Shown here in pieces: positions 28,601 to 37,950 of a DNA stretch of 64,000 nt. A program made the translations under genes and the position numbers. The notes under the pieces were generated by a model. It searched no databases. It was not told where the DNA came from and saw only the letters and a list, made by a program, of their open reading frames with translations. Position 1 is the first letter of the stretch; every line of letters starts with the position of its first letter. Location of the stretch: positions 864,001-928,000 of the forward strand of contig CBDCXV010000011.1 of NCBI GenBank assembly GCA_965223905.1, read 5' to 3'. The stretch comes from Candidatus Latescibacterota bacterium. Lineage in GTDB: Bacteria > Latescibacterota > UBA2968 > UBA8231.

Positions 28601-30224
28601 CCTCCCGGTCAAACCAGTAGATCCCTCCTCCCAAACTGTGCCCGTAGTCTTCCAGTTCCAACTTGGTAGGCTTGAGCAGATCCGCATCCCGGACAGCCCA
28701 CAGGACCATGCCGGCAAGCGTCTCAATCTGTCGGGTCAAGTTGACCAGATCCACCTTCGCCGGTTCGTCCAGCGGTGTATCGACCCACCAACGCACATCG
28801 TTGGGAGTGGCCACCGCCAGGGCTTTTTGGCCTACAAAGGAGGCCGCCTCGCTGGCAAAGGCCAGGGGAGTGGGCATGTAATTCTTCCAAGTGCGCTTGG
28901 CCGGTGCCACCCCTTCGAGGTGGCGCGTGGTGTCCGCGAAGATCTCCTCTACGGCCAGGCTCAGACGCCTGGAGTAGGACGTCAGCATGTACTTGACATA
29001 ATTGTCCGTCTTCCACGTGGGATTGTAGAAGGTGCCCATGCCGAAAGTCGCGGTCCGGCTGTTGTGGCTCGACAAATCCAGGGAGAGCATCAAATCAAAG
29101 TCAATGCGCTCCCTTGCGGGTATGCGCTCGCGAAAATATTCGCTGCGCCGGCTGTGGCGGTAGAGGAAATCGTTGATCCCGGCCAGGCCTTCGAAATGCC
29201 CCGAAGTAGCCAGAAATAGCACCGAGTAGTAGGGACGGTAGCGCTGGAGAATCTCTGCGAGTTGCAGCAAGGCGACAATACCCGCGGCGCTCTCCGCCCC
29301 GGGAGCGAGAGCGGGCACCACGGAAATGGCGTCGTAGTAGGCCTGGAGAACGATGACCTGGTCTTTCCAATCCTGCGGTCTCTCGCGACTCTTGACCGGC
29401 AGCGGCGCTTCCCTTCCTGGTAGCCACCCGTAGATATTGCGGGCTTCCACCGCCTCCCAGTCCATCCGGGCCTTCAGGTTCACCTGGACCGGCCCCTGGC
29501 TGGAGCTGGCCAGCAGATCCTCGGCATCCTCCCGCTCGATCCAGAAGCGCGGAATATCGACGGATACCTTCAGGAATTTGTCCGCTGCCTGCTCCCGACT
29601 GACGAATCCATTATCAAAAAAGATGATGGCCTGGGCGCCCAGAGCAACTGGATTCAGGTAATTCTGGCCGCTGTCGAAGTCGAGCAGGACAATGCTGCCT
29701 TCCACCGGTTGCCCATCCAGTTCCTCCAGATCTCCCCTGCCGCCGTGGATCAGGGGGCCGCGCACCCCGCCCTGCGGTAGCGCAGGAGTGCGCACGCCGT
29801 TGGGCCACAAGCAGTAGAGTTTTTTTGACTCACCTCCTTCCACCACCAGTTCGGCCCCCCGGTCCAGGGGTACGGTCACCTCGAAGGTATCGGTGCGAAC
29901 ACCCTCCAAGCCCAATTCCTCGAAGCGCCTCCGGATGTAGTCGTAGGCCCGCTCAGCGCCTAGATAGCCCGGCACCCGAGAGTCCCAAGCGGCAAAAAGC
30001 TGGATCTGGCCTTCGATCTCGTCCCGGGAAATTCCAGCGGCTGCCAGGGCGCGGATTTCCCGCGCGCTATGCGCGGGCACGAGACGGGCTTCTTTGGGCT
30101 TGGGCGGGGTCCAGCCGAAGAGGGGGATTACCGCCTGGTTGATCTGAGCCGGGTCGAACACCCCTACCGCCGCGATCATCCCCAGAGCCAAGCTCAGGAA
30201 TAGAAGGCCTAAGACCTTGGACAT
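25605..30224 (-). CDS. Large fusion: PA domain + M28-like (pseudo)peptidase + polytopic segment + MacB/FtsX-like permease
   Basis: Probable start MSKVLG at 30224. PA-like GPLIHGGRG..VEGSIVLL; M28-like AYYD..APGAESAAG; NLRKRKLRTLLT and ERDREIGIYSSVGL FtsX motifs. Confidence 0.8.
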   Translation of the reverse strand: MSKVLGLLFLSLALGMIAAVGVFDPAQINQAVIPLFGWTPPKPKEARLVPAHSAREIRALAAAGISRDEIEGQIQLFAAWDSRVPGYLGAERAYDYIRRRFEELGLEGVRTDTFEVTVPLDRGAELVVEGGESKKLYCLWPNGVRTPALPQGGVRGPLIHGGRGDLEELDGQPVEGSIVLLDFDSGQNYLNPVALGAQAIIFFDNGFVSREQAADKFLKVSVDIPRFWIEREDAEDLLASSSQGPVQVNLKARMDWEAVEARNIYGWLPGREAPLPVKSRERPQDWKDQVIVLQAYYDAISVVPALAPGAESAAGIVALLQLAEILQRYRPYYSVLFLATSGHFEGLAGINDFLYRHSRRSEYFRERIPARERIDFDLMLSLDLSSHNSRTATFGMGTFYNPTWKTDNYVKYMLTSYSRRLSLAVEEIFADTTRHLEGVAPAKRTWKNYMPTPLAFASEAASFVGQKALAVATPNDVRWWVDTPLDEPAKVDLVNLTRQIETLAGMVLWAVRDADLLKPTKLELEDYGHSLGGGIYWFDREVNFAVPKAPVPRALVTYQQLGPNSVGGVRTLIVQQADTEGRFHFDIMRNRLSNTIRAYEIDPWGEIVSAPDMGPEGDETYPMQHAWGWWENEMLQVLFKCRALSLFEIVDSRYLSVLDYVKVLDERDGVPQSWGADYVENQRDEEGKVTLAAVVYAKPHTRAKILMSTSLFGVRYLLSNTPEAWLEHPVQPQDIDEDVLGQAHGRGYAVDQGRVLWPSYAAARDMWILDDIRIKQLARYGIHNQKFAHLHEEARMALQQARVHLEKQEYSGFKAATRKAWGLEARGYPNVKATADDTVYGVIFYFALLLPFSFFCERLFFGFADVRRQVAGAAGFFAAIFLIMRFIHPAFKLSTSPYIIFLAFVIFAIGSIALFMILGRFIRAVGSRKRAAAGVHETDIGRLSATAAAVTLGISNLRKRKLRTLLTVVTLTLLTFTAQAFTSVQSYLKFYQIPRPNTPSYQGVLLRDPGWKGLQLSVLDYARSAFGAIARVMPRSWYISPVIGERAYIDLERKEAGRSFASFANGFLGLTPEDRTMGIDSLLTGVQSRWFLPGEDTVCILPQAMASILGIDPTEVGQTDVWLLGRAYRVIGLFDGDAADRLRDLDNESPMPVDTVAEAQKMAEMAELDPRLMDSAAIESFAHLMANNVVLLPYRQVVDMGGSLRSIAIAGFAEPNAMLNRVEEFVSRVAVPLFVGEGERVRVYTSMGAAALSGMGNLFVPLLIAALIVLNTMLGAVYERDREIGIYSSVGLAPNHIAALFIAEALVFATVGAVFGYLVGQTVSLTLARYGLLGGMFLNYSSLSAISTTGIVMGVVVISTLYPARRAAAMSVPDVTRRWHFPEPEGDDWHFDFPFAISAGDAVGICSYLHRVFSSYGEGSVGDFMTETVELRLDGAAGEPDYGLELMVWLAPYDLGVSQQVSLRMVPTEDIAGIYRIEIHLQRISGDMASWRRLNTGFLDVLRKRFLVWRTLPPEVREEYLTAGRNTAALRASQSLPKE

Positions 30225-30235
30225 AGATGTGGGAA

Positions 30236-31114
30236 TCAGGCGTCTGGCCAGCGAAACATTTTCCTCGGCCGCGCGTCGGCTCTGGCTTCGTCCCAGGATC
30301 TGATCCAGGTCGCGTGATCCGGCAGGGGATTTTCGCGGCTGCGCACCAGCAAACCGGGGAGAGGCCGGCCCGATGGCTTGCGCGCATCGTGCCAGCGCAG
30401 GTCCAGACTCCAGCGCACCGCATCCGTGCGATTGGGCTGCGATCCGTGTGGGGTCCGGCAGTGGATGAAGATCAGGTCGCCTTTTCTCAATGACAGGGTA
30501 AGGGGTTCCCCTTCGGGCAGACATTCATCGGCAAGTCCCCAGCCGGAGATACATTTCACATGACGCCTGATTTCGCCTCTGTGCAGCCCGGGATAGACCT
30601 GCAGGGTCCCGTTTTCCGGCGTCGAGTCCACTAGGGGAATCCACGTAGTTATTACCAAGGTGTCATCCGCCTCCGGCAACAGCACGGCTGCGTCCTGGTG
30701 AAACGGGGATTCCTGGATCCAGTCGGTGGACACATCCTCCTCGGGGAGCTTGGGGCGCACGTGGTGGGTCGGGTTGCAGTAGATCTCGGGCCCGAGGAGG
30801 CCTTCGAGCATGTCCAGGAGGTTCTCGTTGTGGAGAAAATCGAAGAGGGGAGGGCGCAGGTTGGCCGGCAGGGAGACCCTGCCCTGCAGCGAGGAACCGG
30901 TTGCCCTGCTCAGGCAAGAGATGCGCCGTTCAAAAGGTTCGTCTTGGTACAGGTCGGCGATTTTACCCTCGGCATGGAGTTCCTGAGCCACCTCGCCTAC
31001 GAGAGCGTCCAGATCCTCGATCAGAGGCTCCAGGTCTTCGTCTCCCAAGCCCCCTTGCACCACCAGACAACCATCTGCGTGAAAGGCCTCTATTTGTCCC
31101 TGTGTTAGTCTCAT
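30236..31114 (-). CDS. PhyH-family dioxygenase
   Basis: GGAGGTG RBS; FHQD, ENGTLQVYPGLH, PHGSQPNRTDAVRWS. Confidence 0.9.
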   Translation of the reverse strand: MRLTQGQIEAFHADGCLVVQGGLGDEDLEPLIEDLDALVGEVAQELHAEGKIADLYQDEPFERRISCLSRATGSSLQGRVSLPANLRPPLFDFLHNENLLDMLEGLLGPEIYCNPTHHVRPKLPEEDVSTDWIQESPFHQDAAVLLPEADDTLVITTWIPLVDSTPENGTLQVYPGLHRGEIRRHVKCISGWGLADECLPEGEPLTLSLRKGDLIFIHCRTPHGSQPNRTDAVRWSLDLRWHDARKPSGRPLPGLLVRSRENPLPDHATWIRSWDEARADARPRKMFRWPDA

Positions 31115-31254
31115 GAGAAACACCTCCTTATCAGGCGTGCGAGCCGCTTGCGGAACAGCCCAGCAAGAGAAGAATTAATAAAGGATATACTCCATACCGC
31201 TACAGGCCGATCTCGCATCCGGACATATTGCCGGCCGGCCATCGACACGGCTTC

Positions 31255-33252
31255 TTAGAACACCACCTGAGAAACCGACTTGGAAATCAAGGCAATGGCA
31301 ATCGAGGTCATGCCGATCAAGCCCACCCCACACGAATAGCCAGCCAGCAGGATGGGCGCGTAAGCCCGCCAGCGCTCCATTCCGAACCGCTTTTGCAGGT
31401 AGAAACGACCCAATAGCGCCCCCATAAAATTGGGAATGACGAAGTGTGGCCACTGGCCCAAACCGGCGACAAAACCGTAAAAAATGGCCACGGGCGCATG
31501 CAGAGCCGCCAGTCCTCCGTAGAGTAGAGCACTAAACACCAAGCCCACGGAGATATAGTCCCAGCGGACGATCTGGGTCACCAGGCTCTTTCCAGCACCG
31601 GGCAGGGTCGATTTTGCCCAGAACGCCTGCATGGCGGCGTGAAAAGGCCAGAGCTTCTGCACATAGGGATAAGCCGAGGAGGGAATGACACCCAGCTTCC
31701 AGATCAGGGACCAGAACAAAAAGCTGCAGATGAACATGATCACCAGGGTCAGAGCCACCAGCCGCACCAGGCTGCCGAACCGGGTCCGGGTCAATTCCAG
31801 CTGCTTGAACAGCTGCACTTCGTGAGCCCACTGGAAGATGGGAACCGGAGCGAACCAGATGGCCGCTCCCTGATAACCCGACAGGTAAAAAGAACCCTCG
31901 CGGAGGTAGGGAAAGCTCACCCCTTGAGGGCTGCCCGTCAGCCCGATCATGCGGGCACCGATATAGGAATAGACAGGAGTCCACACAAACCCGAAGAACA
32001 GGGTGATCCACACTGGAAAATCAGGTGCGAGCCAATACACCATGACCACAAACCCCAAGGTGCTGAGGGTCCAGATGCCCAGCGCCGTCCCAATGCGAAT
32101 ATCCCCACGCTCTCGAGATGGCCCCTCCTCCGGCATCCGCCGCTCCTGGACCGCCTTGCGCATGGCCCTGCCCGCGGTCCAGAATCCCACCACTGCCACC
32201 ACAATGGCTCCGCCAATGGAAAAACTCAGCCAGAAATCGAAGGAGTTGGAGATCATGGTGGGAATAGCCGACATGCCAGGGGACCAGGTATGCAGAATCC
32301 CGGTGGTGTAGAGGATGGGGTTGGCCACTAGGTTGACCAGGATCGAGGAGGCAAAACTTCCCACCACCACCCAAAATGGCAGCACCAAACCGACGAGCAG
32401 GTGAAACAGATCGGTTGCCAGTCCCAGTACGGCTGCCGGTAGCACCGCTTTCAGGGGCACGGTGATATCTGCGAATGGAATCGGCAGAATGGACACGGTC
32501 TCGGTCAGGAAGACGCTCGAGAGCGTGGGCACGACCACGTAGATCCCCCCCCACACTGAACCGATAAAGGTGCCGGTGCTGAACACGTGCCAGCGCCAAC
32601 CCTCCTGCTTGGAAGAGGTCTCGGCCAGGGCCGTGGCGCCTCCGGCCTGGACATAGGCCATGGGAAAGGGCAGGCGTTCAATGTCGTGGGTGATCCTGAA
32701 GAGGAAATACCCCAGGGACAGCGCATTGATCCGCTGGAGCACGACCGCCAGAAGCAGGATGGCGATGGGTTCAATCCAGGCCTGGTGCAGGAAGGTGCGG
32801 TCCAACAGAGCTTCCGCCCCTCTGGGGGGTACGACCCAATCGGGTATGTACTGGTCCAGACCGTCGGCCTGGGGCGACTGGATCAGGTATTGATCCCAGA
32901 TCAAAACCCCAAAAGGTCCGCCAAACAGGTCGGCACCGGTCCCCAATTTGCCCCCCATCATCACCAGGCCGCCGGCCACCCAGTAGAGAATGATGATTTC
33001 CTGAGTGCGCAGGCGCACAAAGGTGCGCTTGGCGATCTCGATGAACAGAATAAGGGTCACCCACTCGGCCCCCCCAGCCATACTCTGACCGGTGACCAAG
33101 CCCAGGTAAATCGCTCCGGGGAGCATGACGAAGCCCACGAAGAGGGCCGCCCAGAGGGTTTTCACATTGAAACCCGGCTCAAAGGGAGCGTCCCCGGGCG
33201 CAATCTCGAAGCGCTCCTTAGTCTCCCTCCGATTCTGAAAAACCTCCCCCAA
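31255..33252 (-). CDS. OPT/YSL-like polytopic (peptide) transporter
   Basis: 665 aa, hydrophobic throughout; ERLPFP motif; TTG start with AAGGAG RBS. Confidence 0.65.
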   Translation of the reverse strand: MGEVFQNRRETKERFEIAPGDAPFEPGFNVKTLWAALFVGFVMLPGAIYLGLVTGQSMAGGAEWVTLILFIEIAKRTFVRLRTQEIIILYWVAGGLVMMGGKLGTGADLFGGPFGVLIWDQYLIQSPQADGLDQYIPDWVVPPRGAEALLDRTFLHQAWIEPIAILLLAVVLQRINALSLGYFLFRITHDIERLPFPMAYVQAGGATALAETSSKQEGWRWHVFSTGTFIGSVWGGIYVVVPTLSSVFLTETVSILPIPFADITVPLKAVLPAAVLGLATDLFHLLVGLVLPFWVVVGSFASSILVNLVANPILYTTGILHTWSPGMSAIPTMISNSFDFWLSFSIGGAIVVAVVGFWTAGRAMRKAVQERRMPEEGPSRERGDIRIGTALGIWTLSTLGFVVMVYWLAPDFPVWITLFFGFVWTPVYSYIGARMIGLTGSPQGVSFPYLREGSFYLSGYQGAAIWFAPVPIFQWAHEVQLFKQLELTRTRFGSLVRLVALTLVIMFICSFLFWSLIWKLGVIPSSAYPYVQKLWPFHAAMQAFWAKSTLPGAGKSLVTQIVRWDYISVGLVFSALLYGGLAALHAPVAIFYGFVAGLGQWPHFVIPNFMGALLGRFYLQKRFGMERWRAYAPILLAGYSCGVGLIGMTSIAIALISKSVSQVVF

Positions 33253-33281
33253 GAAAACTCCTTTTCTAAAGGATCAACCAG

Positions 33282-33357
33282 CAGGTCCAACAGACCTGGA
33301 ATATACAGTATCCCTCCTGAGCATTATATGCTTTTGACCAGATAAGCTTTTGACCAG
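33282..33357. promoter_or_regulatory. Candidate operator in the divergent promoter region
   Basis: Exact 12-bp direct repeat GCTTTTGACCAG at 33330-33341 and 33346-33357; inverted repeat CAGGTC-N5-GACCTG at 33282-33298. Confidence 0.4.
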
Positions 33358-33419
33358 CCTATTTTCCCCTTTGCCCAATCCTTATTTTTGCGCTTACATT
33401 TCGGATCTTGCTTTGCAAT

Positions 33420-35357
33420 ATGCAACAGGAAACCCCATCCTCACCCAAAGGCCTGACCTTTCGCTCCATGCTCCTGGGCATTGCCATGGTCCTCGTGGTG
33501 TGCGTGGGATCCCCGTATTCGATCTGGATCGTCGGCTCTTCCGAACCAACCTGGTCCTTCTTTCCCTGGGGTGTGGGTTTTCCCTTTGTCCTTCTCTACT
33601 TTGCCAATGCCCTGTGCCGGCGCCTGAAGCGGTCCTGGGCGCTCAGACCAGCCGAAGTGGTGACCATTATGACCATGGGGCTGGTGGTGAGCGGCATACC
33701 CATCTTCATGGTGGGGTGGGGCTTGGCCATTATCGCCAGTCCCTACTACGGAGCCACGCCGGAGAACAATTGGGCCGAATACTTCCACCCCTACCTGCCG
33801 GAGTGGGCCATTCCACAGGACGAAGCGGGGGCCATGCGTTGGTTTTACGAGGGGTTGCCGTCCGACCAGGGTTTCCCCTTTCAGATCTGGATCGGGCCGC
33901 TTTTCTGGTGGACCAGCCTGGTTCTGGCAGTCTATTTCGTCTCCTTCTGCCTGGTAGTTCTCTTCCGCAGACAGTGGATCGAGTACGAACGTCTGACCTT
34001 TCCGATGACCGAGCTGCCGCGCCTGATGGTAGAGGAAAGAGATGACGCTACCGTCCCCCTGCTGCACTCCCAGAGCTTCTGGATAGGATTTGGCCTAGCG
34101 CTGGGCATCATGCTGTTCAACATCATCAGCTATTTCCATCCCGGTTTTCCCCAGCTGGCCATCCACCGGGCAATGACGCTGCACATTACCCCGGACTTTC
34201 CACCCATCCACCTGATGATTTACCTGCCTGTTCTCGGTTTCATGTTCCTGGTCAGTGCCCATATTTCTTTTAGTATCTGGTTTTTCTATTTGCTGGCTAC
34301 CGTGCAGGAAGGCATCATCAATCGGATTGGCTATGATATAAGCTCTCCAGAACCCTTTGCCTGGGGTTTGCAGACCCTCAACTGGCAGGCATGGGGCGCT
34401 TTCACTGCCATGGTGTTGTGGAGTGTGTGGATGGGCCGCCGGCACCTGTCAGCGGTCTTTCTCCACGCCTTTAAAATCGGCGAGCGCATCGACGACCAGG
34501 AGGAGATGATATCCTACCGCGCCGCGGTTTACGGCACCCTTGCAGGACTGGTCTACGTAGTGTGGTGGCTGTGTCGCTCCGGCATGGATTTTCACGTGGC
34601 GCTTCTGGCGGTGTTCGGAGTTCTGGTGGCCTATATCGGCCTCACCCGCCTGGTCGTCCAGTCCGGACTCTACTACCTTACCATTCCGATTCCAGGTCAG
34701 TCGTTTGCCCTGGCTATAACCGGTACTGCCATTGCGCCCACCAATCTGGTGGCCGTATCAGTATCCTATTCCTGGTTCGGAGATGTGCAGTCCATTTTCA
34801 TGCCCTCGGCGGCCCACGGTGCCCGACTCAACGAATTGTACGGCCGGCACCGCCGTCTCTTGGGGATCGCCATGGGCCTGGCCGTCCTGATAGGGTTTAT
34901 TGCCTCCCTGTATTTCATCCTCTACATATGCTATCAGTACGGAAGTAGCAACTTGCGGGGCGCAGTGTGGCAAGCGGGTGGCGGGATAGCGTTCGGGGGG
35001 ATGCTCTACCACATCGACAATCCCGCGTCCACGAACTGGTGGAAATTGTTCCTGTTCGCCATCGGACTGGTGGTCTACTCGGTGCTGTCCTTTTGCCACT
35101 ACCGCTTTTCCTGGTGGCCCCTGCACCCAGTAGGCCTCACAGTATCTACCTTGTGGATGATCCGCAAAACGGTGGTTTCCGTATTCCTGGCCTGGGCCAT
35201 CAAGAGCGTGGTCATGTACTATGGGGGGGTCAATGGGTATCGCAAGATCCGCCCCTTCTTCCTGGGGCTGATAGTGGGTTATTTCCTGGGGATAGGGACT
35301 TCATTCACCGTGGACTGGGCGTGGTTCTTCGGCAAGGGGCATCCCATTCTCAACTAG
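33420..35357 (+). CDS. DUF6785/DUF6784-like polytopic membrane protein
   Basis: RRQWIEYERLTFP, WWPLHPVG and GYRKIRPFFLGLIVG motifs; many TM helices. Confidence 0.7.
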   Translation: MQQETPSSPKGLTFRSMLLGIAMVLVVCVGSPYSIWIVGSSEPTWSFFPWGVGFPFVLLYFANALCRRLKRSWALRPAEVVTIMTMGLVVSGIPIFMVGWGLAIIASPYYGATPENNWAEYFHPYLPEWAIPQDEAGAMRWFYEGLPSDQGFPFQIWIGPLFWWTSLVLAVYFVSFCLVVLFRRQWIEYERLTFPMTELPRLMVEERDDATVPLLHSQSFWIGFGLALGIMLFNIISYFHPGFPQLAIHRAMTLHITPDFPPIHLMIYLPVLGFMFLVSAHISFSIWFFYLLATVQEGIINRIGYDISSPEPFAWGLQTLNWQAWGAFTAMVLWSVWMGRRHLSAVFLHAFKIGERIDDQEEMISYRAAVYGTLAGLVYVVWWLCRSGMDFHVALLAVFGVLVAYIGLTRLVVQSGLYYLTIPIPGQSFALAITGTAIAPTNLVAVSVSYSWFGDVQSIFMPSAAHGARLNELYGRHRRLLGIAMGLAVLIGFIASLYFILYICYQYGSSNLRGAVWQAGGGIAFGGMLYHIDNPASTNWWKLFLFAIGLVVYSVLSFCHYRFSWWPLHPVGLTVSTLWMIRKTVVSVFLAWAIKSVVMYYGGVNGYRKIRPFFLGLIVGYFLGIGTSFTVDWAWFFGKGHPILN

Positions 35358-35411
35358 TGGCTACCCGAGCGCGGGCCCTGACCAACCGCTAACAAACTTC
35401 GGCCGCACTGG

Positions 35412-37139
35412 CTAGAGCCTTTTCACATTTCCCTCGTATACCTTTATGAGCTCAGCGTATTTTTTCCGCAGCTCCTCCAGGTAGTAATTGAAGATACTCC
35501 CCTCCTTCTCTTCCTTCACCGCTCTCACCACCATCCCCTGCACCCACTTGTTCGCTAGAGTGTCGAAACTCTCGGCATATCTGTGGAACACCTTGAAGAT
35601 CGAATATCCCCCCTTTGTCTCCACAGGTCCCTGCAACTCGTTCAGTGGAGCATTCATGGCGGTGTTCATCCACTCCTCTCCGTACAGGGGATGCTGTATA
35701 TCGAAGACCCTGAGGACGCCCTCCTCCACATTGTAGCGGCGAATACTGTACTGGCCTATCAGTTCGGACAGTTCGGCCCCTGTCTCGATCTGCCGGACCA
35801 GATCCCTGGCCTGGTCCGGATCTTCGACCAGCAGCTCCTGGAGGTGGGCCTGGGCGGGAATGCGAAAGCGCCGCTTGTGCGATTCGTAGTAGGCCGCCAG
35901 ATCCTCTTGGGCCACCAGCAACCTCTCTTCCAGGACCAAGTCGCGCAAGTGGACGAGCACGAGGTCTTCCTTCTCGGCTTGCAACAACCGGCGAAAAGCG
36001 TCGGTCTGATCCACCCCGCGTCCACGGCCATCGCATGCCATCACCTCGACAGGCAAAAGAGTTCTTTTTAGTTCGACAATTACTTCTTCCTGATTTATTT
36101 GTCGCAATTGCGCCTTTGCCGGCTCTACAGCCTCTATCACCTCTTCCACGCCCAGCACGACATCGCCGAAGGTATATACTGGCAAACGAAGCCGCTCCTC
36201 GGGTAGGGTACTGAGAGAACGTCCATCCTTCAAAACCTGGACGACCACCTCCATATTTTGTGGATGGGAGCGAAAATCGAGTTCTGTCCTGAGTCGCCTG
36301 AGATACCTCTCGCGCAGTATATCCACTTTGAGATCGTGCAAATAGGTTCTGATTTTGTCCCGCACCTCCTCGATTTTCACCCTGCGGCGCTCCCTGGCCC
36401 TGGCGATGACATGGCCTCCTCTGAGGGGGATGGGTCCGGTTGTTCCACCTTCCGGGAGCACGAAGACCCTGCGCACCACTGCCTTGGGGGCATCGTAGGG
36501 AGAGTAGGTGAAGTGATCGGACTTCCCCGAAGGCAGGCCCATCATGCGATCCACCGCGTGAAGACGAGCAACTTCGGCAAAATCCATTCCATTTTCCAAA
36601 AGATCCACCACCTTTTGGGCGGTCTCCTCATCGGGCACAAAGATTTCCTGGCTCACGACCTGTACCGACCAACCTGCCTGCTGGTAGGCCTGTTCGATCT
36701 CCTCCTCCTCTACGGAGACCTCGTCGTAGACTTCGAGCCGCATCATCTCATCGTGCAGCTTCCTCTTTTTCTCCTCTTCCAGCCGCTCTAAGACCTGTCG
36801 ATCCTCTTCCAAGCCTTGCGCCCGAGCTTCTGCGAGCAGTACCCGGCGATCGATCAAGGTCTGTAGATGGCTCCTGTACTCTTCTGCAGTCCGGGGACTG
36901 GAGGGCCGCCCGGAGACAAAAGCGCGCAGATCACCGGCCGTGATCCGGTCCTCGCCGACCTTGGCCAGGAAGGCGGAATCTTCCAGCGGCTGGGCGCATC
37001 CGCCGAGCAAGATCCCCCCCATCAGGAGCAACCACACAGCGAACCGCCGTCTTCTCAGATCCGGACATAAAGAACCAGGAGCCGGAATCCGCTTCCAGCT
37101 CCTGGTTGAAAAACGCCCCGATGCTGCAATTCTAAGCAC
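35412..37139 (-). CDS. SurA/PrsA-like peptidyl-prolyl isomerase (PpiC domains), probable lipoprotein
   Basis: Lipobox LLGG-C; LAKVGEDRIT, GMDFAEVARLHA, GPVETKGGYSIFKV; two parvulin-like regions. Start uncertain. Confidence 0.8.
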   Translation of the reverse strand: MLRIAASGRFSTRSWKRIPAPGSLCPDLRRRRFAVWLLLMGGILLGGCAQPLEDSAFLAKVGEDRITAGDLRAFVSGRPSSPRTAEEYRSHLQTLIDRRVLLAEARAQGLEEDRQVLERLEEEKKRKLHDEMMRLEVYDEVSVEEEEIEQAYQQAGWSVQVVSQEIFVPDEETAQKVVDLLENGMDFAEVARLHAVDRMMGLPSGKSDHFTYSPYDAPKAVVRRVFVLPEGGTTGPIPLRGGHVIARARERRRVKIEEVRDKIRTYLHDLKVDILRERYLRRLRTELDFRSHPQNMEVVVQVLKDGRSLSTLPEERLRLPVYTFGDVVLGVEEVIEAVEPAKAQLRQINQEEVIVELKRTLLPVEVMACDGRGRGVDQTDAFRRLLQAEKEDLVLVHLRDLVLEERLLVAQEDLAAYYESHKRRFRIPAQAHLQELLVEDPDQARDLVRQIETGAELSELIGQYSIRRYNVEEGVLRVFDIQHPLYGEEWMNTAMNAPLNELQGPVETKGGYSIFKVFHRYAESFDTLANKWVQGMVVRAVKEEKEGSIFNYYLEELRKKYAELIKVYEGNVKRL

Positions 37140-37905
37140 CCGATTGCTCCTCCGCCACCTTTATGACTCCCTGGTCCACCTTGAAGCGGAACTCGACATC
37201 GACGGTATTTTCCGGATTGCCGCTGGCGTCGAAGGAGAGGACAAATTCGTTCATTTTGACCACGATTTCCTGATTTCTCTCGGGCAGAGGATCGAAGACC
37301 AGAAAACCCGTGAACTGGCTTTCTTTGAAGATCGGACGGTGGCGGTGGTACACGGTCTTATAAACTACGCCCATGCGCTCCAGATTGAGTTCCTTTTCAT
37401 TGCCCGAAATGCCCAGCTCGGTCCTGTAGTATTCGCTGAAAGTGTTTCCCCCCAGGGGATTGGTCCCTTTGCGGCCGGGATCGTAATAGCGCAAGTTTTC
37501 CCCCGTATCAGTGATCAGGATTGATTTGGCCGGATCGAACTCGATCTTGGCATAGGTTTTGTTGATCACGGTCACCTGGAACACGGTAAAGCGCGGGGGG
37601 ATATACCCTTTGTCAGGGTCTTTCTTTTCGTGGGTATAGGGATTGACGTGCCGGGCATCGAACAAAGGCGGGAACCGCTGGTTGAGTTCGTCGTCGGTGA
37701 CGTGCTTTATTTTGATGAGGGTCCCTTCCTTGCTGAAGACCACGGAATTATCTTCCAGATCGATGTAGTAATCCCCGCGTCCCTCCGGCAGGAGGGGCTC
37801 CATGTGCATCTGGTATTTCAATTTAGGTGGAATCAGACCAGCACAACCACACGCGAACCCCACAGCCAACAAAACTAAGATCACAACCGCGCGATCTCGT
37901 CTCAT
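37132..37905 (-). CDS. Uncharacterised lipoprotein (paralogue of 50262..51059)
   Basis: Signal peptide ending FACG-C; GYIPPRFTVFQVTVINKT..IEFDP. Confidence 0.75.
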   Translation of the reverse strand: MRRDRAVVILVLLAVGFACGCAGLIPPKLKYQMHMEPLLPEGRGDYYIDLEDNSVVFSKEGTLIKIKHVTDDELNQRFPPLFDARHVNPYTHEKKDPDKGYIPPRFTVFQVTVINKTYAKIEFDPAKSILITDTGENLRYYDPGRKGTNPLGGNTFSEYYRTELGISGNEKELNLERMGVVYKTVYHRHRPIFKESQFTGFLVFDPLPERNQEIVVKMNEFVLSFDASGNPENTVDVEFRFKVDQGVIKVAEEQSGA

Positions 37906-37950
37906 GAACACAGCTCAATCCTCCTGGTCTCGATGGTGAAAAGATATGAT

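Noticed and set aside
30225-30524. N-terminal extension of the 1639-aa ORF
   Set aside because: Overlaps the upstream PhyH gene in another frame; the hydrophobic N-terminus begins at 30224.
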